A stretch of 64,000 nucleotides of DNA from Planctomycetota bacterium (GCA_016209705.1 JACQVR010000065.1:965-64964), one strand, 5' to 3'; shown: positions 36,193-46,781, counted from the first letter of the stretch. Notes: generated from the letters alone by a model not told the origin. Program-made: numbers and translations.

Positions 36193-37659
36193 CTAAACAC
36201 CTCCCGGGATCGCCGCGCGAACGAGGAGCGCCACCACGCGATCGCTGCCCAGCCCCAGCGCCGCCACGCCCCCGCCCAGAAGCGCGCACGCGGCGACCAG
36301 GCCGGCGGGACCCTCGCGCTCCGGGCAGGCTTCGCCGGAACGCGCGAAGTAGAGCCGCTCCACGATGCGGAAGGCATAGAACGCGCTCGCCAAGCTCCCG
36401 GCGACGATCGCGAAAGCCATTCCCGGTCGGCCCGACTCCAGTGCGCCCATCAGGACGTACCATTTCCCGAAGAAGCCGCACAAAGGCGGCAGACCCACGA
36501 GCGAGAAGGCGGCCACGGCCATCGCGGCGGCCGTCCAGGGCGCGCGCGCCCGCACGCGCGCCAGGTCGCCCACCTCGCGCACGCCGAAGCGGTGCGCCAG
36601 CTCGGCCGCGCCCACGAAGAGCGTCGCCTTCATCAGCGCGTCGTTCGCGAGGTGGAGGATCGCGCCCGTCAGCGCCGCCGCGTTGGCCAGACCGATCCCG
36701 AGGACCACCAGACCCATCTGCGAGACGCTCGAGTAGGCCAGCAGCCGGCGCAGATCGGCCTCGCGCGCCGCCAGCAGCGCGCCGGCGATCAACGCGACCG
36801 CTCCCGTCACGCAGAGCAGATCGGCCACGATCGGCGCGCGCCCCAGCCCCGCGGGGCCGTAGACCCAGAACAGGATGCGGATGAGCGCGTAGGCGGAAAC
36901 CTTCGTGACCAGCGGCGCCATGAGCGCCGCGGCCGATAACGGCGCCCGCGCGTAGGCCCCCGGCATCCAGCCGTGCAGGGGAAAGAGCCCCATCTTGATG
37001 GCCAGTCCGCTGATCATGAACGCCAACGCCAGGATCGTCAGGCGCGGATCGGCCCCGGCCGCGATCCGGGCCGCGGCATCGTCCATGTTCAGCGTGCCCG
37101 TGGCCGCGTACACATGACCCACGCCCAGGAGGTACAAGGAGGCGCCCAAGCTGCCGATCACCAGGTACCGCACCGCCGCGCGCGGAGCCCCGCGCCCCCC
37201 GGAGGCCACGAGCGCGTACGCGCTGAGCGAGGCCACTTCGAGGTGAACGAAGAGATTGAAAAGGTCGGCGGAGGCGATCATGCCCATCAGTCCGCTGACC
37301 AGGAGCAGCGCGCAGGTGTTGAATCCGGGCTCGCGCTCGCCGAGCTCCCGCCGCCGCACGTCGCCCAGGGCGCCGTGCACGATCAGCGCCGTCGCCGCCA
37401 CGAACGCGGCCACGAACGCGCTCAGCGCGTCCAACCTCCACTCGATGCCCAGCGGAGGCGCCCAGCCGCCCATATGGGTGACGAGCCGTTCGCCCGCCGC
37501 CGCGAGCGCCGCGCCGGCGAAGGACAGCGCCGCCGTCGCCGCCAGCGCGCCCAGCGCGATCCAGCGCGCCGCGCCCCGCAGGTATCCCCCCAGCGCGCCG
37601 CAGAGGAGCGCGCTCAAGAACGGGACGAGGAACAGGAGGGCCGGCAGGGTGGAGTTCAT
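36193..37659 (-). CDS. mrpD: Mrp antiporter subunit D
   Basis: GWAPPLGIE, DLFNLFVHLEV, KMGLFPLHGWMP, LLAYSSVSQ. Confidence 0.92.
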   Translation of the reverse strand: MNSTLPALLFLVPFLSALLCGALGGYLRGAARWIALGALAATAALSFAGAALAAAGERLVTHMGGWAPPLGIEWRLDALSAFVAAFVAATALIVHGALGDVRRRELGEREPGFNTCALLLVSGLMGMIASADLFNLFVHLEVASLSAYALVASGGRGAPRAAVRYLVIGSLGASLYLLGVGHVYAATGTLNMDDAAARIAAGADPRLTILALAFMISGLAIKMGLFPLHGWMPGAYARAPLSAAALMAPLVTKVSAYALIRILFWVYGPAGLGRAPIVADLLCVTGAVALIAGALLAAREADLRRLLAYSSVSQMGLVVLGIGLANAAALTGAILHLANDALMKATLFVGAAELAHRFGVREVGDLARVRARAPWTAAAMAVAAFSLVGLPPLCGFFGKWYVLMGALESGRPGMAFAIVAGSLASAFYAFRIVERLYFARSGEACPEREGPAGLVAACALLGGGVAALGLGSDRVVALLVRAAIPGGV

Positions 37660-38012
37660 GGTTCCTCCTCCGGCCGGCGCCGCTCCACGATCGATCCTTC
37701 CTCCTCCTGAAGCCGGCGCAGGATCGCCAGCGCCACGCCCAGCGTCGAGACCGCCACCACGATGGCCGTCAACATCAGGGCGTGCGGCAGGGGATTGTTC
37801 AGCGGGCGATCGTCGCCCTCCGCCAGGATAGGCACCGTGGCGCCGTCGCGCACGGCCAGCAGCACGAAGAAGAGGATGATGCCCGACTGCGCGAGCGACA
37901 GGCCGACGATCGTCTTGAATAGATTCTGATGCGTCAGCACGAGGTACAGTCCCAGCATCACCAGGGCGGCATACGGCAGGTACGGTCCGCGCGCGAAGAG
38001 ATAATCGATCAC
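37656..38012 (-). CDS. mrpC: Mrp antiporter subunit C
   Basis: NPLPHALMLTAIVV; GTG start overlapping the mrpB stop. Confidence 0.9.
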   Translation of the reverse strand: MIDYLFARGPYLPYAALVMLGLYLVLTHQNLFKTIVGLSLAQSGIILFFVLLAVRDGATVPILAEGDDRPLNNPLPHALMLTAIVVAVSTLGVALAILRRLQEEEGSIVERRRPEEEP

Positions 38013-38452
38013 GGCGAGACCTCCTTGTCGCCGGCGAGGCTCTGGAAGAGCGAAACCATGACGCCCGCCACCGCCAGCGCCACGCTCGCTTCGACGATGA
38101 GAATGCCCACCCAGCGCCGTTGCGCCGGTTCCAGCGACGGCAAGGGAAGCGCGGCGTAGTCGAGCATCGGCCGGCCGGCCAGCAAGGGGATGGCGGCGAG
38201 CGTCGCGTACGCCAACACGCCCGCCGCGGCCAGTGCCGCCGAGCCGCGCTGGGACAGCATGAGAGACGGAGTCGCGCGCCCGTGCACGAGCATCATCAGG
38301 ATCATCGACGCGCCCAGCAGCACGCCCCCTTGGAAGCCGCCGCCCGGGCTCGTGTGCCCGTGAAAGACCACGTACAGCGCGAAGATCTGGAGGCACGCCA
38401 CGAGCGGGCCCAGGAGGACGCGCAGCATCAGGCTGTCGAAGGGCGCCGTCAT
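38009..38452 (-). CDS. mrpB: Mrp antiporter subunit B
   Basis: HGHTSPGGGFQGG. Confidence 0.92.
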   Translation of the reverse strand: MTAPFDSLMLRVLLGPLVACLQIFALYVVFHGHTSPGGGFQGGVLLGASMILMMLVHGRATPSLMLSQRGSAALAAAGVLAYATLAAIPLLAGRPMLDYAALPLPSLEPAQRRWVGILIVEASVALAVAGVMVSLFQSLAGDKEVSP

Positions 38453-38976
38453 GGCTTCCTCCCCAGGAGCAGGATGCAGGCCATCGCGGCGGTCAAGATC
38501 ACCGTCGTTTCGATGAGCGTGTCGAAGCTGCGGTAGTCCGCCAGCACGGCGGTCACGACGTTCGGGGTGGCCGTGTCCTGAAGCGCGCGTTCGATATACG
38601 CCGGCGCCACGTGGCGGGTCGGCGCGGACTGGGGATCGCCGAAGGGCGGCAGCGCGTCGATGCCCCAGAGCAGCACGAAGCCGATCGCCCCGACGCCGGC
38701 CAGCGCCGCCGCGCGGGCCAATGGACCCTGGCGGACGACTTCCCGCGGATCGATGCGGCGCAGCAGCGTCATCAGAAGGACCGTCGAGATGCTCGCGCCG
38801 ACGACCGCTTCGGTGAACGCGACGTCGACCGCACCGAGAACCGCCAGGAGCACGGCGATCAGGCCGCTGAACGCCGACAGAAGCGCCATCGTCGCGAAGA
38901 GGTCCCGCACGCGGATGAGCGCGATTCCCAGCGCCACCAGCATGACGCTCAGCAACCCGCCGATATAGGGATTCAT
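38449..38976 (-). CDS. DUF4040/MrpA-C-terminal (MbhD/E-like) subunit
   Basis: AVDVAFTEAVVG, PNVVTAVLADYRSFDTLIE. Confidence 0.88.
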   Translation of the reverse strand: MNPYIGGLLSVMLVALGIALIRVRDLFATMALLSAFSGLIAVLLAVLGAVDVAFTEAVVGASISTVLLMTLLRRIDPREVVRQGPLARAAALAGVGAIGFVLLWGIDALPPFGDPQSAPTRHVAPAYIERALQDTATPNVVTAVLADYRSFDTLIETTVILTAAMACILLLGRKP

Positions 38977-39287
38977 GATTTCACCTTCGGCGGCGCCCAG
39001 GGAGCATGTCCTGCTTCCATCGCCGCCCGCGCGAGCATGTGGCCCACCAGCGGGCACGTCAGATAAAGAAATCCGATGGCCAGAAGCAGCTTGAACGCCG
39101 TCAGCGAGAAGCCCAGATGGAACGCGGCGCCCAAGAGCACGAGCGGGCCGCCCAGCGTGTCGGTGACCCCCACCACGTGAAGCCGGCAGTAAAGGTCGGG
39201 AAAGCGCACCAAGCCCACGCTGGCCACGAGCTGGAAGAAGAGTCCCGTCGCGAAGAGCCCCGTGCCGATCATCTCCATCGCCGTCAT
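38973..39287 (-). CDS. mrpG: Mrp antiporter subunit G
   Basis: GLVRFPDLYCRLH…DTLG, PLVGHMLARA. Confidence 0.9.
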   Translation of the reverse strand: MTAMEMIGTGLFATGLFFQLVASVGLVRFPDLYCRLHVVGVTDTLGGPLVLLGAAFHLGFSLTAFKLLLAIGFLYLTCPLVGHMLARAAMEAGHAPWAPPKVKS

Positions 39288-39550
39288 AGCCCGCCTCTCT
39301 CTTTCACGTACTTGGCCAGCAGCAGCGTCGTCACCAGGTTCAGCAGATAAAACGCCAGCGCGATGTCCACGAACATGTCCGCGCGCGCATAGAGCAGCCC
39401 CACCAGGACCATGAGCACCGCGATTTTCGTTCCGATGCCGTTGAGCGCGACCACGCGGTCGAAGACGGTGGGGCCCGCGATCACGCGTCCCAGGTAAGGG
39501 ATCGCCAGGATGAGCGTCGCCACAGTGGCCGCCAGGAAGACGTGCGTCAT
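39284..39550 (-). CDS. mrpF: Mrp antiporter subunit F
   Basis: RVIAGPTVFDRVVA, DIALAF. Confidence 0.9.
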   Translation of the reverse strand: MTHVFLAATVATLILAIPYLGRVIAGPTVFDRVVALNGIGTKIAVLMVLVGLLYARADMFVDIALAFYLLNLVTTLLLAKYVKERGGL

Positions 39551-40017
39551 GGGCCGCCTCCCCGAAAGACGCCGCCGACGCGGCGCACGACGTCGCCCGT
39601 CTCGATCTCGCGAGCGGAAACCGGGTCCAGAGCGTGCACCGTCATGAGGTCCGGAGCGATGTCCAGCGTCACGGTGCCGGGCGTCAACGTGATGGAGCAC
39701 CCCGCCAGCGTGAGGGCGCGCTCATCGGAGAGGCTGGGCACGGCGCGCACCACGCGCGGCGCCAGGGAAGCGCGCGGGGCGAGCGCCAACCGCGCCACCC
39801 GGAGGTTGGACTTGAGCACTTGCCAGAGCAGCCAGGGCACATAACCCGCGAAGCGTCCCAGCGGGAAACGCTCGTCCGTGCGCGGGCGGGCCAGGAACGC
39901 GACTCCCAGCGCCGCCGCTCCCCCGGCGCCCAGGTGAAGGACGTCCATCTTGCCCGATAGCAGAATCCAGATCCCCCAGAGGAAGCCGGCGATGGTCAGG
40001 AACCGAAGCAAGCGCAT
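39547..40017 (-). CDS. mrpE: Mrp antiporter subunit E
   Basis: SNLRVA, SITLTPGTVT, VHAL. Confidence 0.9.
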   Translation of the reverse strand: MRLLRFLTIAGFLWGIWILLSGKMDVLHLGAGGAAALGVAFLARPRTDERFPLGRFAGYVPWLLWQVLKSNLRVARLALAPRASLAPRVVRAVPSLSDERALTLAGCSITLTPGTVTLDIAPDLMTVHALDPVSAREIETGDVVRRVGGVFRGGGP

Positions 40018-40036
40018 GGTCTTTCCTTTCATGGAA

Positions 40037-40861
40037 TCATTCGATGGCTTCCAGGAATGAAAGCGTGGAATTGTCGCGGACCACCCAGACGGGGAGCGGC
40101 GAGGAAAGCACGACGCGTTCCGCAACGCTTCCGAACAGCAGCGTGACAGCGGGGGACCGCCGGCGCGAACCGAGCACGATCTGCCCGTAGCGGCCGGTCC
40201 GCGCTTCGCGGAGAATCGTGGAGGCGGCGTGGCCGCCCAGGAGCGCGCGGCACCGCACCGGGCGGTCCGTCCCGAGCTCGGCGCGGAAGACGGCGAGATC
40301 GCGCCGGACGCGCGCCTCCATGCTCCGCGCGAACTCGGCATAGCTCGGGCCGAGCTTGTGATAGCCGGTGGGCACTTCGAAGACGTGCAGCAGGTCCATC
40401 GGCCTCTCTTCAGCCGCCGCCAGGCGGGCCGCGAAGCGAGCCGCGCGCATCGAGTCGGGTCCGAAATCGATCGGAACGAGCAGCGGCCCGCGCGGAGCGG
40501 AAGCGCCGGGAGGAAGCGTCAGGATCGAGCACGCGGCGCGGCGCAGCAGCCGCTGGGTCAGCATGCCCGATTCGGCGGTGACGATCAGGTCGCAATCGCA
40601 GGCCTGTTCCAGCGCCCCTTCGACGGGATCCCCGGCTCGCGCCACGAAGCACACGCGGGCCCACGTGGCCGACCACACCAGGCGCTCCCAGGCGCCGTCC
40701 GGAGATTCGGACATCCGCGCCGCGTGCAGGACGGTGAGGTGCTCGCAGGCGAAGCGCCGCTCGAGATCCAAGGCCGCGTTCAGCACGGACTCGCGCGTCC
40801 GCGGCTCGGTGACGAGCGCCAGGATCGTCCGCGTCGGAACTCCGGCCTTCGCATCACGCAT
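40037..40861 (-). CDS. Universal stress protein (tandem USP domains)
   Basis: LLVPIDF, IVLGSRRRS…LFGSVAERVV…PVWVV. Confidence 0.85.
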   Translation of the reverse strand: MRDAKAGVPTRTILALVTEPRTRESVLNAALDLERRFACEHLTVLHAARMSESPDGAWERLVWSATWARVCFVARAGDPVEGALEQACDCDLIVTAESGMLTQRLLRRAACSILTLPPGASAPRGPLLVPIDFGPDSMRAARFAARLAAAEERPMDLLHVFEVPTGYHKLGPSYAEFARSMEARVRRDLAVFRAELGTDRPVRCRALLGGHAASTILREARTGRYGQIVLGSRRRSPAVTLLFGSVAERVVLSSPLPVWVVRDNSTLSFLEAIE

Positions 40862-40874
40862 CGCCGGAGGTAGG

Positions 40875-40890
40875 TGCAAGCGGCGTGCCA
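40875..40890 (-). promoter_or_regulatory. Sigma-54 -24/-12 promoter of the usp-mrp operon
   Basis: Minus strand TGGCACGCCGCTTGCA, consensus match, just downstream of the activator gene. Confidence 0.85.
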
Positions 40891-40918
40891 CGCGCGCGGG
40901 ATGCTTGGAAGCTATATC

Positions 40919-42271
40919 TTAATCGGATCCACGGAGCTTGCGGTAGAGCGTGGCGCGGTCGATCTCCAGCATCCGCGCCGCTCGCGCCTTGTTGCGGCCG
41001 ACGTGTTGATAAACCCACGCGACGTAGTCACGGACGTGCTGAGCCAGTGGCTTGATCTCGATGGGCGGCATGGCCGCGCCGCCGGTCGCTGCGCGCGCCG
41101 GAAGCAGGAGGCCCGTGAGATCGGCGATTTCGATCCGGCCGCCGCCGGGTTTCATGGCGACCAGGCGCTGGAGGACGTTTTCAAGCTCGCGCACGTTGCC
41201 GGGCCAGGAGTGGGCCATCAGGACCTCCAGGACGCCCGTCGCGAAACCCGCGGCGGGGCGGCCGCTCTCGCGGGCCAGACCGCGCAGGATGTGTTCGCAC
41301 AGCAGCGGGAGATCCGCCAGGCGCGCCCGCAGCGGAGGCAAGTAGATCGGGAAGACATGGATGCGATAGAACAGATCCTCGCGAAACCGTCCGGCGTGGA
41401 CTTCGCTCATGAGATCGCGATTGGTCGCGGTGATGAGCCGGAAGTCGACGCGGGTGGGCCGCGAGGATCCGACGCGGTGGATCGTCTTGTCCTGTAGCAC
41501 GCGCAGGAGCTTCACTTGCGTCGCCAGAGGCAGCTCGCCGATCTCATCGAGAAAGAGCGTCCCGCCGTGGGCCGCTTCGATGAATCCGACGCGCTCGGCG
41601 CCGGCGCCGGTGAACGCGCCGCGCACGTACCCGAAGAGCTCGCTTTCCAGCAGGCTGTCGGGAATCGACGCCGGATGCACGGCGACGAAGGGCGCCTCCC
41701 GCCGCGGCGACGAACGATGAATGGCGCGGGCGACGAGCTCCTTGCCGGTCCCGCTTTCGCCGTAGAGGGCCGCGGGCACGCTCGTGCTCGCCGCGCGCGA
41801 GATGAGGCGGTAGACGTTCCGCATCTCCTCGCTGATGCCGATGAGTCCGGGGAAAAGCTCCTGGGAGGCGAGGTCATCGCGCCCCGCGGACAGCTCGCGC
41901 AATCGCCGGACCTCGCGCACGTGTTCGATCAGGAATTGCACGTGCTCGGCCCGCACCGGCTGGACGATGAACCCTTCCACCCCGCACTTGATCGCCTCCC
42001 GGTCGTGCTCCCGAAGCTGCCGGTCGGTGACGACGAGCAGCGAGAGGTCCGGATACGCGTGACGCAAACCCAGCACGAGATCGATTCCCCGGCTCGATTC
42101 GATCGCCAAGTCGATGATCGCCGCGTCGAACAAGGCGGTCTCCAGGATCTTCTGCGCCTCGTTCAGATTCATGGCGACCGATACTGTGATTCCCTCGACG
42201 GCCTCCGCGGCCGTCCGGATCCTGCCGGATAAGGCTTGCCCCGCCGCGACCAAGACCCGGAAAATGTTCAT
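40919..42271 (-). CDS. Sigma-54-dependent activator with degenerate receiver domain
   Basis: [33 protein letters not shown]; receiver lacks the N-terminal acidic pair. Confidence 0.92.
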   Translation of the reverse strand: MNIFRVLVAAGQALSGRIRTAAEAVEGITVSVAMNLNEAQKILETALFDAAIIDLAIESSRGIDLVLGLRHAYPDLSLLVVTDRQLREHDREAIKCGVEGFIVQPVRAEHVQFLIEHVREVRRLRELSAGRDDLASQELFPGLIGISEEMRNVYRLISRAASTSVPAALYGESGTGKELVARAIHRSSPRREAPFVAVHPASIPDSLLESELFGYVRGAFTGAGAERVGFIEAAHGGTLFLDEIGELPLATQVKLLRVLQDKTIHRVGSSRPTRVDFRLITATNRDLMSEVHAGRFREDLFYRIHVFPIYLPPLRARLADLPLLCEHILRGLARESGRPAAGFATGVLEVLMAHSWPGNVRELENVLQRLVAMKPGGGRIEIADLTGLLLPARAATGGAAMPPIEIKPLAQHVRDYVAWVYQHVGRNKARAARMLEIDRATLYRKLRGSD

Positions 42272-42507
42272 GGTGTCAGTGTAGAATAATACAACAGTAA
42301 ATTGAAGCAGAGGTTGCAGAAGTAATCATCACTATTGAGGGTTGTTGCGCGGATCAAGAGCGATTTTAGGAGTCGCTTCGATTCAGTTTCCGAGCTACTC
42401 CCGATGATGCGCTCGTGCTTCTTCTCGTCTCCCACGTTTTCATCTCCCGGCGCCTCCGGATGGGGTATTATTTTCTGCGGAGCACTCGAATTGGCATGGG
42501 GCGATCT

Positions 42508-43926
42508 ATGCGATTCTCGATATCCTCGGCCTTGCGCCTTGTTGTTGGAATGGTCCCACTCCTGACCTGCACGTGTTTTCTCGACCTCTCGGAATCCGGA
42601 TCGAGCTCCGCTCGGGTTGTCCGAGCGGCGCCTCTGAATGTCTCGGCTGGAGCGCTGCGCCTCGACGCTTCGCCCGCCGGCCCGGTCGCTCAATCGGTCG
42701 ACGTGAACGCCATCGGGGCTTCCGGCGTGGCGTCCGAATACGACTTCACCTCGCCGGGCGGCACGGCGATGTCGTTCGCCGTCTCCACGAGTCTCGTCGG
42801 TAACCAAGGCGCGGTCGAAATCTCCGTGGCCCGCGTCAATCCGGACGGCGCGTCGGTGTCGCCCAACCCTCTGTGGGATCTGTGGAACGACGGACTGCGC
42901 GTCTCCGGCGCGGGGACGTTCGTTCGAGGTTCCGAGATCGTCGCGCGGGGCGATGGGTTCACCCGGCTGACGATCACCGGGGCGATCCAGGATACCGAAC
43001 TGCTCCGGATTCGATCGTATGACCCCTCGGGCGGGATCACGGATACCTCGCTCGTCCGCATTCGCCCCGGCGAGGAGTCCGAGATCAATTTGTCGATCCC
43101 GTCGCCCTTGTCGGAGTACGACGGCCTCAAAGACCTGCTCACGATCTACAGCAGCCAGTCCGCCGTGTTCGGAATGCCCACGGTGGCGGTCTCGGGAGAT
43201 CGGGTCAGCATCGTTTGTTATGAAGGCGATCAAAGCCCCGAATACTATTGGCCGCTGGACAAGTATGAGCTGCGCATGCAGTACGACATGACCTCCGGCG
43301 CGGCGACCGGCGGGGGAAGCGAAGAGACCAATCAAGACAGCGGGAATTGGCGGGATCACGAAATCGCCGGGCTTTACAACGTGCTGGCCTTGGTTCATTG
43401 CGACGGATGGAGCGTCTCCGTCAGGCTTTCCTTCGATCGCGGCGCGTCGTTTGGCCAGAATGTTTCTTTGGACAACCTCACGGGCGGCGGCCGGCGATTG
43501 ATTCAAGTCGCCATGGCGGCCGATTACACGCTGGGCATCGCGTACTGGAGCGAAGCGGACCGAAGCGCACAACTCAAGTATGTGGAAGGACACCCCTCGC
43601 AGGTGGACGCCTTCGGTTCGCTGCTTCGATACCAGTTCGGCACGTCGCATACCCTGTATTCGGCGTCCGCGCCGGATGGATATATCCCCGCCGTCATCGG
43701 CATGGACTTTACGTCCGGAGGAGATCTTGTCATCGTGTATAACGAATCGACGCGCGCTTCCTTCGGCGGGGACGGCGGTCCGATCATGGTCGCCGACAGC
43801 GCGGCCGCCGCGGAGGGCGGCTTCCAGGCCGCCGAACCGCCGCCGTTGGCTCCGGGCATGACGGAGGCGCTGCCGCCGCCGGATCCCGACGACGCGAATC
43901 AGCTCCGAATCTTAAGGCTCCCGTAG
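42508..43926 (+). CDS. Secreted or lipoprotein-like hypothetical protein (start uncertain)
   Basis: Signal-like N-terminus, SFDRGASF Asp-box-like motif, beta-rich. Confidence 0.6.
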   Translation: MRFSISSALRLVVGMVPLLTCTCFLDLSESGSSSARVVRAAPLNVSAGALRLDASPAGPVAQSVDVNAIGASGVASEYDFTSPGGTAMSFAVSTSLVGNQGAVEISVARVNPDGASVSPNPLWDLWNDGLRVSGAGTFVRGSEIVARGDGFTRLTITGAIQDTELLRIRSYDPSGGITDTSLVRIRPGEESEINLSIPSPLSEYDGLKDLLTIYSSQSAVFGMPTVAVSGDRVSIVCYEGDQSPEYYWPLDKYELRMQYDMTSGAATGGGSEETNQDSGNWRDHEIAGLYNVLALVHCDGWSVSVRLSFDRGASFGQNVSLDNLTGGGRRLIQVAMAADYTLGIAYWSEADRSAQLKYVEGHPSQVDAFGSLLRYQFGTSHTLYSASAPDGYIPAVIGMDFTSGGDLVIVYNESTRASFGGDGGPIMVADSAAAAEGGFQAAEPPPLAPGMTEALPPPDPDDANQLRILRLP

Positions 43927-45174
43927 CCTGACGTCGACGTACGCGCTGAACGTCATCGCGCGGTCGCGCCGCCGGCGCGCCTCGTTGATGAGCGTGTCGA
44001 TGGAGCGCTTCACCTTGCTGCCGTGAACCTTCTTGCCGTTGACCGTGATGACCACCGGCTTATCCAGATCGACCATGGCATCGTCCAGCCACACGCGCAG
44101 TTGCTTCACTTCCTCGCACGTCACGTTGATCGCGTTGCCCGCCCGGCGCGCGCGGATGAGCACGGGGGGCCGGAATTCCGCGCGCGTCTCGCTCTCGCGT
44201 CCGGACATGTCGAGATGCGTCACCAGAATCGGCTGAGCGTTGGTTCGCTTCGTCGCCTCGACCCAGTAGGCGCCCGGGAAGGCTTTCTCGTACGTCTTCC
44301 AGACGACCTCGTCCGGATACGTGCGGCGGCGCCGCTCCTCGAACCAGGCCGCGATTTCGGCGTCGTTGCCGAGCGTCCAGTCGTGGCCGCCGTCGGCGTG
44401 CTCGCGATAATCCAGATCGTACTTGAGGGCGGCGATCGCGTCCTTGGCCGCGCGCACGATGTCGATGGGGATCAGTTGGTCTTTCGCGCCGACGACCCAG
44501 TGGATCGGCAGGTTGCTGAAGTTCTCGCACAGCATCGGAATGAGCGTGCCGTCCTTCTTGCGCCGCACGTCAGGCGCGCCGCAGCGCGGGGCGATGGCGG
44601 CGAAGCGGTCCGGAACGTATTCGGCGAGATCGAACGTCCCGCCGGCGCCCATCGACATCCCGTCGAGGACGATGCGGTTGGGATCCACGTTCAGCTCGCG
44701 GGTCAATTCGTCGATCGCGGTGAGGACATGCGAGTGTCCCTGGCGCGAACTCCAGGTATGGCGAACCGTCGTCGGCGCCAGCACGATGAAACGCTCGCGA
44801 ACCGCGGCGTTCCGCAGCCACATGCGGATCCAGCCTGAGCCCGCCTTATCATGACCGCCACGGTTCGTGCCGTGGAGCGTCACGAGCAACGGCCACGATT
44901 TCGCCGGGTCGTACGATCTCGGCACGTGGAACGCGTACCCGAAGGCCTCGCCGTCGTGGAGCGTCTTGCTGCGGCGTTCGACCACTTCGCCGAGCGGGCA
45001 CGTCGCCTCGCCATACGTGCGCGTTCGGACGCAGCGCTCGACGGCGGAGAACTCGTGCCGGCGCAGTTCCGCGCAGAGCGCCCGGCGCTTTTCGCGATCG
45101 TTCTCCGCGAGGGCGCGTTCCACGAAATCCTGAAGGGGGACTTGCGCGAGGGCGAGAAGCAAGAGCGCCGTCAT
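43912..45174 (-). CDS. Secreted alpha/beta hydrolase (esterase/peptidase-like)
   Basis: PLLVTLHG, DGMSMGAGG nucleophile elbow, GAKD, GGH. Confidence 0.85.
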   Translation of the reverse strand: MTALLLLALAQVPLQDFVERALAENDREKRRALCAELRRHEFSAVERCVRTRTYGEATCPLGEVVERRSKTLHDGEAFGYAFHVPRSYDPAKSWPLLVTLHGTNRGGHDKAGSGWIRMWLRNAAVRERFIVLAPTTVRHTWSSRQGHSHVLTAIDELTRELNVDPNRIVLDGMSMGAGGTFDLAEYVPDRFAAIAPRCGAPDVRRKKDGTLIPMLCENFSNLPIHWVVGAKDQLIPIDIVRAAKDAIAALKYDLDYREHADGGHDWTLGNDAEIAAWFEERRRRTYPDEVVWKTYEKAFPGAYWVEATKRTNAQPILVTHLDMSGRESETRAEFRPPVLIRARRAGNAINVTCEEVKQLRVWLDDAMVDLDKPVVITVNGKKVHGSKVKRSIDTLINEARRRRDRAMTFSAYVDVRLREP

Positions 45175-45281
45175 ATTCTTTAAGACTGTTCCGGAACAGC
45201 GTCTCCATGCACGGCGGTCGAAGCGGTTTATTCTCGATTCGCTGTTGCATTATTCATGGGTCATGATATGATAGTTTCAGC

Positions 45282-45725
45282 ATGGACCCGCGCCTTCAAA
45301 CCCCGATCGGGCCCGATGGGGCGCATGCACCTCAGGAGAGCCGCTCCGGCCGGAAGGCGGAGCGGTTCCAGGTTCACGATTACGTCCTCACCGTGACGAA
45401 GTCCGGCGGATTGGTCCCCCTGGGAAAGAAAAGGAACCTGGCGGTCCGGCTCGTCGATGTGAGCGCGATGGGAGCGCTGGTGGAGAGCGTCGAGGAGCTG
45501 GCGCGGGAGTCCAAGGTCCGCTTCTCCCTCCATCTCACCAAGTTCGAGGATACGCTTCACGCCGAAGGGACGGTGGTGAGGGTCTTCCGGAAACGGCGCG
45601 GCGACAACGAGGTGTGGCACGCCGGAATCAAGTTCGGCCCGATGGATCCCGCCACCGTCAGGCTCGTGAACCACATGGCGAGCTGGTTCACCTCTTATCA
45701 AGCCAGGTTTCGCAAGAGCCGCTGA
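45282..45725 (+). CDS. PilZ-domain protein
   Basis: RKAERF (RxxxR) and DVSAMG (DxSxxG), GIKF. Confidence 0.8.
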   Translation: MDPRLQTPIGPDGAHAPQESRSGRKAERFQVHDYVLTVTKSGGLVPLGKKRNLAVRLVDVSAMGALVESVEELARESKVRFSLHLTKFEDTLHAEGTVVRVFRKRRGDNEVWHAGIKFGPMDPATVRLVNHMASWFTSYQARFRKSR

Positions 45726-45786
45726 ACCGTTTCGCTTCCCGGCGGCTTTGGGTTATCATTTCCGTCGTCGACGTGAAGTCGAACTT

Positions 45787-46581
45787 ATGTTCACGCTCCT
45801 TCCGCTGAACCTTTTCATCATTCTGGCCACTTCCATCCAGGATTCTCAAGAAACCCTGCGCAAATTCGAAGAGGCGTCGGCCACCCCGCGCAGGGACGGG
45901 CAGGAAGAACGGCGCGACCCGCCGCGCAGCGATTCTTCCACGCGCCGGCCGGGCAACATTTTCGACGACCTGTTCCACGATGTCCTAGAAGCGACGATCT
46001 TGCACCCCTTCTTCGGCGGCCCGATCCGATATGACGTGTATCCCTACGCGCTGGAGAACGCTTATTTCCGCCGGGAAGGCATGGGGCGCGGCGACGCATA
46101 CGCGTTCGACGCGACCACTCGCTACGGGCGCGTCGAACATGACCTTCACCTGTTCGACGTCGCCGCCTCCCTTCGGCTTCCTTCCGGCGACGACGCGCGG
46201 TTCGAAGCCATGTATTACGTGGAGAAGACCGCCGATGGCATCGATACGCTGGCCTTTGAGCGGTTCGAGTTGAATTACGGATTCAGTGGCGCCCCTTCGT
46301 TGGTCCGTTTCTCAACCGGCTGGGGCGTCGCGTTCATGCAAGGCGAGCGGGTCTCCACCGCTCTGAGCCTGCAAGCCGGACTCGAGATCTATCCCGCCCC
46401 GCCCCTCAGCTTTCATGGCCGCGCCGGGATCATGTTCTTCGGCGGAAGCCGCGTGTGGGCTCTCGAGGTGTACGCCGCCTGGCATGTGGGGCGAATGGCT
46501 TTCACCTTCGGCGTCCATTCCTTGATCAACGACGCCGAGGATCTGACCGCCCCTACGTTGGGAATGGCGATGTGGTTCTAA
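45787..46581 (+). CDS. Hypothetical outer-membrane beta-barrel protein
   Basis: Amphipathic strands, terminal Phe (LGMAMWF). Confidence 0.55.
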   Translation: MFTLLPLNLFIILATSIQDSQETLRKFEEASATPRRDGQEERRDPPRSDSSTRRPGNIFDDLFHDVLEATILHPFFGGPIRYDVYPYALENAYFRREGMGRGDAYAFDATTRYGRVEHDLHLFDVAASLRLPSGDDARFEAMYYVEKTADGIDTLAFERFELNYGFSGAPSLVRFSTGWGVAFMQGERVSTALSLQAGLEIYPAPPLSFHGRAGIMFFGGSRVWALEVYAAWHVGRMAFTFGVHSLINDAEDLTAPTLGMAMWF

Positions 46582-46603
46582 AATGTCACCTCAGCTGCAG
46601 ATC

Positions 46604-46781
46604 AACCACGAAGACACCAAGTCACCAGGAACCGCTTTGGGTAAGGGGCCTTCATCAACCTCTTTCCGAAGTTCGGACATCCTATCGAACCGAAGAGAGC
46701 TTGGCCGCCGATGTGATATGCAATCTAAATATAGTTTGGGCGTCCTTTCGGGCTGCTTGGTGGCTTTGTGTCTTGGTGGTT
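46604..46781. repeat. Intergenic palindromic octamer element (CACGAAGA/CACCAAGT-type) with long spacer
   Basis: aac cacgaaga caccaagt caccagga … cttggtgg ctttgtgt cttggtggtt. Confidence 0.7.

Noticed and set aside
32127..37659. Mrp-like genes as an energy-converting hydrogenase or complex I
   Set aside because: No NiFe large/small subunit or NuoB/C/D/H/I homologue is in the operon
42492..42507. TGGCA as a sigma-54 promoter
   Set aside because: No GC at the -12 position
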